Notes under the pieces: model-generated
The model's input: the letters and a program-made list of their open reading frames with translations, nothing else
Databases searched by the model: none
Told to the model about the DNA's origin: nothing
Program-made: the position numbers and the translations under genes
Shown here: positions 53,342-60,902 of the stretch, one piece after another
Layout of the letters: each line of letters opens with the position of its first letter
Numbering within the stretch: the first letter of the stretch is position 1
Source of the DNA: Basidiobolus meristosporus CBS 931.73
Taxonomy: Eukaryota > Fungi > Basidiobolomycota
Length of the DNA stretch: 64,000 nt
Direction of reading: 5' to 3'
Assembly (NCBI GenBank): GCA_002104905.1
Contig: MCFE01000117.1
Span: forward strand, 99,750-163,749

Positions 53342-54690
53342 TGTTGTAAAAAATTTGTATTTCCACCTAAATATTCACCTAACTTAGTCACTTAGATCAT
53401 TACCTTCATATCCCAGAGAATACTGACCAAATTCCTTGTTGGGATTTACTTGGAATATTTACCCAGAACATGAAAATTAGATAGGTTGTCCAAACAGCCC
53501 CAAACTTTGCACACATGCTCTTGCAACCTTCCTTAATCTATTCTACATGCTTGTAATGCCAAGATCAGGTAAAAGTATAAACACTACTTTTACATTCAAT
53601 AAATCATTAAGTGAAAACCACCTAATCTGCATGTTCTCCTAATCACTTCCAATATCTCCAAGACTCTTACAACAGGCTATGAGCCCCAAGATGTTACTCT
53701 CTGCAATGTCTACTACTGCTATTACTGGAATTTTTCCTCTGCTGAAAAGTTGGATGGATCTAACTACCAAGTGTGGAAGGTCAAGATGAAGATGCTGCTA
53801 CAAGAAAGAGGCCTTTGGGATATTGTCATGGGAGAAGAATGCCCTCCTAAAAATGTGGGAGAGGAAGCCATAAAGTACCAGAAGAAAGAACAAAGTGCCT
53901 TTAACTGCATTTGCCTTAATGTCAAGGACAAATTGCTAATTCAATGCTCAAGAGCAAAAATGGCAAAGAATGCCTGGAGAGCATTAGAAGACACCTACCA
54001 GTCATGTTCAGCTGCCAAGAAAATGTATCTGAGACAAAAATTCTTTACTACAAAGATGCTGCCAGGAGAAGAAATGAAATATCTAATTAACAGAATTACC
54101 CTGCTGGTAGATGAGATGGAATCTGTGAGCGTACCAACTACTGATGAGGATGTGATAGTTACCGTCCTGAATAGCCTGACAGACAAGTTTCAGGGCCTTG
54201 TATCAGCCCTAGAGTCCAGAACTGAAGATTTGACCTTAAATTATGTACATGGAAGGCTCCTGGATGAAGAATTAAGAAAATCAAGTGCCAATAAGAAGGA
54301 AGAAGAGAATGCTTTAATAAGCAATGATAACCAGCAAAGGAGATACCCAAGACCCTACATAGGCAACAGTAACCTGTTTTGCAACAACTGCAAAAGGAAA
54401 GGACACACACCAGACCGGTGTCTCAAAAAGAAAGATAATCAGCAAAAGAAGCCTGAATATGGAAATGCTGCAACAACTGAAGATAGACTATTCATATCTG
54501 CACTAAATATGACCACAAACAAGGATTCTCAGACATGGTATATTGACTCTAGAGCATCTCATCACTTTACATGCCAAAAAGAACTTTTTACCCAATATCA
54601 AGAAATTCCAATTAAGAAGGTTTTTATGGGTGACAATAGAACACTTGATGCAGTTGGAGAAGGAACTATCCAAGTAAACCTTAGAAGCAG
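53342..54690 (+). mobile_element. Ty1/Copia 5' portion: LTR 53342-53674, PBS 53675-53690, gag-protease 53706-54690; cut off by the LINE chain
   Basis: TGTTG...CAACA LTR; GGCTATGAGCCCC PBS; gag with CNNCKRKGHTPDRC knuckle; protease WYIDSRASHHF (DSG changed to DSR). A 1-nt frameshift near 53735 is seen relative to the copy at ~510. Confidence 0.93.
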
Positions 54691-55694
54691 TTAGGGGGGG
54701 ATGATAATCACCACATGGTGAAATCTTTATTTAAATCATAAATAAAGAAGCCAAATTTGAATATGAATAGTTGAGATGCAGAAAGCCTACAAAATAAACT
54801 TGGACTTTGCTGCATCCCAAATATCCTCAATATTGAAGTCTAGAGGAGAATGTAGCAAAACTGCTTGTTCACTGTAGTATTTCTTGAGGAAGTTTGTGAC
54901 TTGAAGGGAAGGAGAGTTTTTCAACAAGCTGGTAAACCTTTTGAGGAGTTCTTTTTCCAGAGAGAATGGTACAAAGAGTGGAATGTCCAAATGATGTCTG
55001 AATATATGCTCTGAGAGCTCCCAATCCAGCATACTTTTGACTTCTTCTGTAAAATCTTCAACATTATCTTTGTCAAGAATAACTTCCAAGAGATCCCTGG
55101 CAATGTACTGAATGTTAATAATCTTAGGCATATGAATACCTAGGTCCTTGAGGTAGTTTCTTTGTTATGAAATTGGGAGATAGCCAGCATTTCTGAAATA
55201 GCAAACAGCCCAATTGGCAGTGGGAGGAGTATCAGGGCTGACAGGGAATCTTCTTCTGGCTCTAGGGTGCACTGGCTTAGGTGACTGTCTTGTTGAAAGG
55301 GCAGCTGGCTTTGGATGGGCTTGAAGTGCTTGGGAGTATGTCTGAGTATGAATGGCAGGAGTTGCTGGTTGCTGACAGTGTTCAGATTGACTGGAAGAAG
55401 AGCTGGTTGAGGGGTTGCAAGGTAAGGAAGAAGCTGAAAGAGAAGTAGAGTGTGCTGGGTGAAGTTCAGAGAGAGTTTTGAAAAGAACCTGGATCTGGGA
55501 TTTCAACATAGAGTTTTCAGCCTCAAGAAGTGAAACTCTTTGTTCAAAGTAAGAAGTCTGTAAAGAGTGAAAGTTGGGTAAAGACATGGAAAAGTAGATA
55601 ATAAGAAGAAAGGAGTAGTTGGGGTGGTAGGGTGGAAAATAGTTAAGAAGAAAAGAGAGGAAAGATCTGAAATTGAAAATCTCAGAATTTAGGG
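54691..55694 (-). mobile_element. Element A: ORF1-only non-autonomous non-LTR element (ORF1 55587-54787, one in-frame TAA at 55165)
   Basis: The protein aligns to LINE-B ORF1: coiled coil FEQRVSLLEAEN, WAVCYFRNAGYLPIS*QRNYLKDLGIHMPKIINIQYIARDLLEVILD, IEDIWD. The ORF1 stop is followed within ~95 nt by the shared 3' tail, with no RT in between. Confidence 0.75.
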
Positions 55695-56219
55695 TTAGGG
55701 GGAGGAAAGTCACCAAGTGGTGAAATCTTTATTTACTTATGACAAGTATCTAAAGAAGGCAAGTTAATCTGAAGTTATTCCTAGAAAGCTAGGTCTGAGA
55801 GATATCTTCCTGGTAAGCCAGGTCTGAGAGTTGACAAGCAGAATGGTACTATATTTCCTAGTTAGCTAGGTCTGAGAGTTGTTTCCTGGAAAGCCAGGCC
55901 TGAGAAGTGAGAATCAGAATATATCTGAGCCAAGTTATACTGGTTTGCGGTAGCTGAATTGTGGCCGGAATGGCCAGTAGACTGGGGGAACTGAGAGGAA
56001 TTTCTGGGTGATCACTGGCCAAGTTTACTAGGCAAATCTGGCCAATTAGCATTTCAAGGATTTCAGCCAATCAGATCCTTTACTTTGCCCAATGGTTGAT
56101 CAAGCCATCTCCCAATGAGCACACATCAATTTATTGATCAAATTGTTGGATCCAGGATTTGAACCCACAACCATGGGTATGGAAGGGTTAGGGATAACCA
56201 CAAGGCTAAGTGTTCTTGG
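55695..56219 (-). mobile_element. tRNA-derived SINE-like element (~520 bp) with LINE-shared 3' tail
   Basis: Minus strand has an A box TAGCCTTGTGG (56208-56198) and a B box GGTTCAAATCC (56165-56155) at tRNA-like spacing. It is non-coding, I saw no internal T4 run on the sense strand, and the 3' tail matches those of the LINEs. Confidence 0.72.
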
Positions 56220-56316
56220 TTAGGGGGGGAGACAGTCACCAACAGGTGAAATCTTTATTTCAGTAGAAACAAAGAAGCCAGCGCTACTGTTGTAGCTTTG
56301 ATACAAGAGTGTGTAG

Positions 56317-59052
56317 CTAAGGGGAATTTGTAGGTAAGTTAATAAGAAGTGATGATAGTTCTTCAGTGCTCAAGACACTGTTCAGTGGGAAGGGAGGTAG
56401 CAAGAGAGGTAAGAATGACTTGTGAACAACATTAATGAGGGGAATGTGATAAGGATTGATATTCATCATAAAGGGAGTGTGCTGCTGCAGATATTGCTGC
56501 CAAAGGTCTGTCAAGTACTTCAGGTAGGCCAGCTTGGGTTTTTCTGACTGCAGAATATAGTGAGCACACTTCTTGACTTCAGGATCTCCAAGTATAGTTC
56601 TCCAGCAGGAGCCAGGTGTTGTGTGGTGTGTTCTCTTCCAGGCCTTAATCAGTGGGTTGTTGCAGTTGTGAAGTCTGAGGTATAATCTGGTTCTAAGGTA
56701 GAGAAGTCTGATCCTATAGGGCATAAACCCAAAAGCACCAAGAATGGCATGTCTGTAGGGGCATTCAGGCAAATGAGGCACCAAGGAGGTAATGCACCAT
56801 ACTGCAAACTTGTCAAGCTTAGTGCAGTCTCTAGAAGTAAGAGAGAGAAGTGGTAAGCCAAATTCCAGGACAGGGAAGACAAACTGCTTGAGTAGAAGGA
56901 GGCAGCTGGGAGCTGAAGTTGTAGGAGGAGTAACAGCCAGTAGCTTGTGGAGTGCCTGTCTTGCCAGGATAATTCTCTTCTTCAGGTGTGCTCCAGAGTC
57001 TAGTCCAGTAGGAAGGAAAGGAAAGCCAAGATATGTAGCAGAAACCTGAGCAGGTAGAGTGGAGTTCTCCAAGTTGATGGGAGAGCCCAAAGGTACTGTC
57101 TTTGCAATGGAAAGCTGGAGATTATTCTTCTGCAGATACTGGTGGATGGTCTGGGAGTCTTGTTGCACATTGGAGGAGGATATTCTGATGTCATCAGCAA
57201 AGAGAGTAACCAGGCAGTCAGCTGAGAGTCTTGGGAAATCATTCAGGAAGATGGCAAACAGTATAGGACCAAGCACAGAGCCTTGAACCACTCCATTAGG
57301 AACTGAGAACACAGCTGATTGCTCACTTGGGTGCAGAATTCTTGCTTGTGGATCCAGAAACAGAGACCTGACAAGGAGGGTGAGAGAGGTACTGGAGAAG
57401 CATTGCAACTTGGACCAAAGCAGATTTCTGTCAACTGAATCAAAGGCCTTAGTAATATCAAACAGAACAGAGGGATACTTGCACTGGAGAGAGTGATCTT
57501 GGCTAAGTATGACTGCATATTCCAAGGAGAGGCCAGGAACAAAGCCAAACTGTGCAGGATGAAACTTGAGGGAGTCAGAGTAGAGCTCCTGAGCAAGCAG
57601 AAGCTCAAACACCTTTCTGCAGGTGGGCAGCAGAGATATTGGCCTGTAGGAGCTAGGATCCAGGTGCTTTCCTTTACCCTTGTACAGTGGCAGAACATTT
57701 GCAAAGGACCATTCCTCAGGAGTAGAAAGCTGGGCTGAGCATTGCTGAAACAGTGGAAGCAGAAGTGCAGACATGGCCTTGGTACTAGTCTTCAGAAGCT
57801 CATAGGAGATTGTGTCCACACCTGGAGCAGTAGAGTTGGGAAGCCTCTTGAGCACATTATGGATTCTCCTTTGATCAAGTGCAAGTGGGATGGGCAGAGT
57901 CTTGAAGTCAGGATGAAAGCCAGGAGTTGAGTACTGCTTTGTAGAGAAGAAGATGTTAGCCAGCTGTTCTGTTGAAGGTAACTTCCTGGAAGAGGGCCTC
58001 ATTGCCCTGTAGAGTCTTGATACTGTTCTTGTTATAGAGTTGGAAGATTGCAGAGGCAAAGAACTCATAATATGATCCCAGAGCTGAGTATGCAGAGTGT
58101 GGTGAATTGCCTTGGAGTGGTGTATTGCTGTCAGGAGGAGTTTCTCTGTTTTTGGGTTAGGGAAACTCAGGTAGCTTTGTTGCAGGGCTGAAACAATGGA
58201 TTCCCATTTTCTTGAGGTAACAGCAGTAGTCTTGCATGGCAGTGAGAGGGAGGCAGACACCAGAATCAGATGCTTCACAAAGAGCCAGGCATAGTTGAGA
58301 TCATCTGGCAGAGAAAGTAGCAAACTGGCAAGCTTCAAGTAGTTCCCAAAGTCTTTCTTCTGATTCTTGGTAGCTTTGTGGGTGAGCACAGTAAGTTTTG
58401 GCAGCTTCTTCTTCACAACTGGTTGCATAGAAAGGGACCAGGCTGGGTGGTCAGAGGCTCTCAAGGATCCTAGCTCAGCTCCAGAGAATTGCTTAACTTC
58501 ATTCACAAAGTAGAGGGCAGCAGCAGAAGGGCAGATCCAGTCAACACATCTTTTCTCAGATTGAGCACCTAGTGCTAGCAGGTGGCTTTCTCTCAGGAAG
58601 TTCAGTAGGAATGTAGACCTTGGCTTCATTCTTGCAGTCAGAGTAGTCTTGTTCTCAGGATGGGGAATGTTGAGATCTCCAAGCAAGATAACAGGTGTTG
58701 ATATAGATTGTTGGTATTGCTGAACCTTCTGGCATATAACTTGCACTTCCTGAAGGGCAAGACTTGGAGGCAGATAGCAGAGCACCAGACTGATAGTTGG
58801 CAACTGGAGAGCAGCACAGTAAGGGGAGTAAAGAGGAACACAGAGCTGAGGAGTATTGATGGTAGAAGAGATGAAGCAGATAGAGGAGGTATTCTTTGTT
58901 CTAGGAGTAGAAAAGCAATATAGATTAGTCAAAAGTATAGAGGGTAGCTGGACATCAATCAAACACAGGAGGGAAAATCTTGAAAGAAGTCTCTCTAGAG
59001 TTGGTCTTGATGGCTGTATGCTGTTGCAGTTAAGCAACAGAACTTCAGGTAG
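56317..59052 (-). CDS. LINE-B ORF2: AP endonuclease + reverse transcriptase, no own ATG
   Basis: APE: LNCNS, LIDV, GDLNIPHP, VDW, SDH. RT: PGVDTI, YRPISLL, QFGF, FDITKAFDSV, GVVQGSVLGPILF, LFADDI, YLG. No RNase H or CCHC recognised. Confidence 0.93.
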   Translation of the reverse strand, partial: LPEVLLLNCNSIQPSRPTLERLLSRFSLLCLIDVQLPSILLTNLYCFSTPRTKNTSSICFISSTINTPQLCVPLYSPYCAALQLPTISLVLCYLPPSLALQEVQVICQKVQQYQQSISTPVILLGDLNIPHPENKTTLTARMKPRSTFLLNFLRESHLLALGAQSEKRCVDWICPSAAALYFVNEVKQFSGAELGSLRASDHPAWSLSMQPVVKKKLPKLTVLTHKATKNQKKDFGNYLKLASLLLSLPDDLNYAWLFVKHLILVSASLSLPCKTTAVTSRKWESIVSALQQSYLSFPNPKTEKLLLTAIHHSKAIHHTLHTQLWDHIMSSLPLQSSNSITRTVSRLYRAMRPSSRKLPSTEQLANIFFSTKQYSTPGFHPDFKTLPIPLALDQRRIHNVLKRLPNSTAPGVDTISYELLKTSTKAMSALLLPLFQQCSAQLSTPEEWSFANVLPLYKGKGKHLDPSSYRPISLLPTCRKVFELLLAQELYSDSLKFHPAQFGFVPGLSLEYAVILSQDHSLQCKYPSVLFDITKAFDSVDRNLLWSKLQCFSSTSLTLLVRSLFLDPQARILHPSEQSAVFSVPNGVVQGSVLGPILFAIFLNDFPRLSADCLVTLFADDIRISSSNVQQDSQTIHQYLQKNNLQLSIAKTVPLGSPINLENSTLPAQVSATYLGFPFLPTGLDSGAHLKKRIILARQALHKLLAVTPPTTSAPSCLLLLKQFVFPVLEFGLPLLSLTSRDCTKLDKFAVWCITSLVPHLPECPYRHAILGAFGFMPYRIRLLYLRTRLYLRLHNCNNPLIKAWKRTHHTTPGSCWRTILGDPEVKKCAHYILQSEKPKLAYLKYLTDLWQQYLQQHTPFMMNINPYHIPLINVVHKSFLPLLLPPFPLNSVLSTEELSSLLINLPTNSP

Positions 59053-60561
59053 TCAGGCAGAGGTTGTAGCTTCTTCAGAGGCAGCATTGACAATGTGACC
59101 TGCAGAGTCCCAGAGCTCTTCAAATGGTGCATCACTTAAGTCAGCAAGGAGGGAAATGGCATGATTCTTGAGGAAGTATGCCACATCATAGGAGGGGGCT
59201 TGTCTCTTGATGGCAGCAAAGAAAGACAGAATGGCAACATGGGCTGGAGGCTTGTTGAACAGTAGAGAGTCAGAGGATTCAGATTCTTCAGGCACTATCT
59301 TGAAGTCAGTTTTCAGCCAGTTAAGGTTCTTCTCCACAAAGGCAACAAATGGGTCAGCAATGTTTTGGTCTAGGATAACCTCCAGAATCTTCCCTTTTCT
59401 CCAGGCCAGGTTGACAATTCTTGAGAGCTGAATATTGCATGCCTTGAGTGCTTTCCTGATGTTGGAAATGGGAGTCCAGGGAACTTGCTTCAAGTACACC
59501 ACAGTCCAGGTAGAAGCTGGTGGTAGGTTTGCTGGGGGCTTGTAAGTCCTTCTGTGTTGCAATGGAGCTGCAGTAGTCAGATTGGAGTCCACATTCTCAG
59601 TAGAAGGTTTTCTTGATGTGTCTTGCTGAATAGTACTGGAGCTGGATGTGCTGATAATTCTTGCTAGAACCTTGCCTGCATAAGTCTGAGGTATAGCTGA
59701 GGTGACTGTAGAGGTGGTGGCAGCTGGTGCAGGTGGAGAGGCAGAGACTGAAGCAGGAACTGAGGTCACCTGGGAGAAGGCAGTAGAAGCAGGTTTTCTG
59801 GGAGGAACAGAGTTCACTATCCAGTTGTTCTGTAAAACACTGGAGTAGCTTTTCTGTGGAACAGGATCTTGCTCTTGAACAGGAACAGAAGCAGGAGGCT
59901 GGGGCTGAGCAGTAGTGGTAAGGCAGTGGCACTCCAAGGAAGCTTTTTGCAAGGCATCTCTGGCAGTTTTCAGGGCAGTATTGGCTTCATTCTTGAGCTT
60001 CTTGCATTGGGCATCCAGTCTCTTGTTTTCAATAGCCAGGGCAGTATTGGCAGCCTCTAAATCAGCAATTCTCTTCTCAATTGCAAGGAATCTCTGAAGA
60101 AATGCATCAGTAGAAGTGCTGGCATCTGGGAGAGCAGTGGCAGGAATAGAGTCCATTGACAGTGGGCTTCTTGGAGGCAAGGAAAGTGGACTGGCAGATT
60201 CAGGCACAAAAGGAGATATCCTGGCAGGAGGAGAAGGAGTATCCAAGGCAGTAACAGAGGCAATTCTTGTTGGTGAAGCAGCAGCAGGGGAGGCAAGCCT
60301 GTTCAGAAACTGGGCAGGAGAGAGTGCTTGAGGAGAGGGAGTCTTCAGCTTGCCAAGCATGTCTTCCATCAGAGTGATACCAATATTCCTGGTGCATTTG
60401 CAGAGAAAAGTAAGCTTCCTGAGTCTGCCAGCTCTTCCATTCCTTCTGATAGTTCCTTTGTTTCCACAGTTGGGGCAAGAAATCTTCTTGACAGACTTGT
60501 CAAAGCAATCAAGAACCTTCCTTTCAGGTGTAGTGGGCTCCTGTTGAGGTTTTGGTGGCAT
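59053..60561 (-). CDS. LINE-B ORF1 (Zn-ribbon, low-complexity linker, coiled coil, RRM-like domain)
   Basis: ATG at 60561 (MPPKPQQ). CPNCG...LCKC; coiled coil QRFLAIEKRIADLEAAN; WTVVYLKQVPWTPISNIRKALKACNIQLSRIVNLAWRKGKILEVIL. Ends in TGA directly upstream of ORF2. Confidence 0.85.
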   Translation of the reverse strand: MPPKPQQEPTTPERKVLDCFDKSVKKISCPNCGNKGTIRRNGRAGRLRKLTFLCKCTRNIGITLMEDMLGKLKTPSPQALSPAQFLNRLASPAAASPTRIASVTALDTPSPPARISPFVPESASPLSLPPRSPLSMDSIPATALPDASTSTDAFLQRFLAIEKRIADLEAANTALAIENKRLDAQCKKLKNEANTALKTARDALQKASLECHCLTTTAQPQPPASVPVQEQDPVPQKSYSSVLQNNWIVNSVPPRKPASTAFSQVTSVPASVSASPPAPAATTSTVTSAIPQTYAGKVLARIISTSSSSTIQQDTSRKPSTENVDSNLTTAAPLQHRRTYKPPANLPPASTWTVVYLKQVPWTPISNIRKALKACNIQLSRIVNLAWRKGKILEVILDQNIADPFVAFVEKNLNWLKTDFKIVPEESESSDSLLFNKPPAHVAILSFFAAIKRQAPSYDVAYFLKNHAISLLADLSDAPFEELWDSAGHIVNAASEEATTSA

Positions 60562-60796
60562 ATCCAGAGTTTCAGCTTCAAATTTCAATTTTTGAGATTT
60601 TTGGGTGATTTTTGATGGGCGGGATCAAAATTAGGGTTAGGGTTGCGCGCTGTGACTGCTTTTTACGATCGCAAGGTCAGATCCTAGGAAAAAATAAAAA
60701 TAGTTAGTAAAGGTGATTTAATGGATGGATGGATGGATTCGGAGTCAGATTCAATCAAAAAATCAAATCGTTGACTAATTTAAAGAGGATAGATAG

Positions 60797-60902
60797 TTAG
60801 GAGAAGGTGAGAAGTCATCAATGTGATGAATCTATTACTTATGATCAAGTATCTAAAGAAGCATGTTAATCTGAAGTAATTTAGAAAGTAGGTTGAGAGA
60901 TC
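60797..60902 (-). mobile_element. 5'-truncated diverged copy (~105 bp) of the SINE 3' end
   Basis: TACTTATGATCAAGTATCTAAAGAAGCATGTTAATCTGAAGT aligns with TACTTATGACAAGTATCTAAAGAAGGCAAGTTAATCTGAAGT at 55733-55775. It carries the same terminal hairpin and TTAGG. Confidence 0.8.

Larger units (their letters stand above)
56220..60796 (-). mobile_element. LINE-B: apparently complete APE-RT non-LTR retrotransposon
   Basis: Consists of a 5' UTR (~60796-60562), ORF1, ORF2 and a 3' UTR with polyA-signal-like AATAAA, stem-loop and CCCCTAA terminus. Confidence 0.9.

Noticed and set aside
55780-55905. Hammerhead ribozymes (hairpin followed by CTGA, as in Penelope-like elements)
   Set aside because: The sequence after the stem is CTGAGAG/CTGAGAA, not CUGANGA. 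No stem II + GAAA is present, and the CTGA lies on the antisense strand of the element.
56150-56215. Functional tRNA gene
   Set aside because: A and B boxes are present, but the D, anticodon, T and acceptor stems do not pair. It is treated as a tRNA-derived SINE head.
59053-59055. Selenocysteine or TGA reassignment at the ORF1/ORF2 junction
   Set aside because: The position is an inter-domain linker, not a redox site, and I recognise no SECIS. Host ORFs show no in-frame TGA pattern. Leaky readthrough is simpler.
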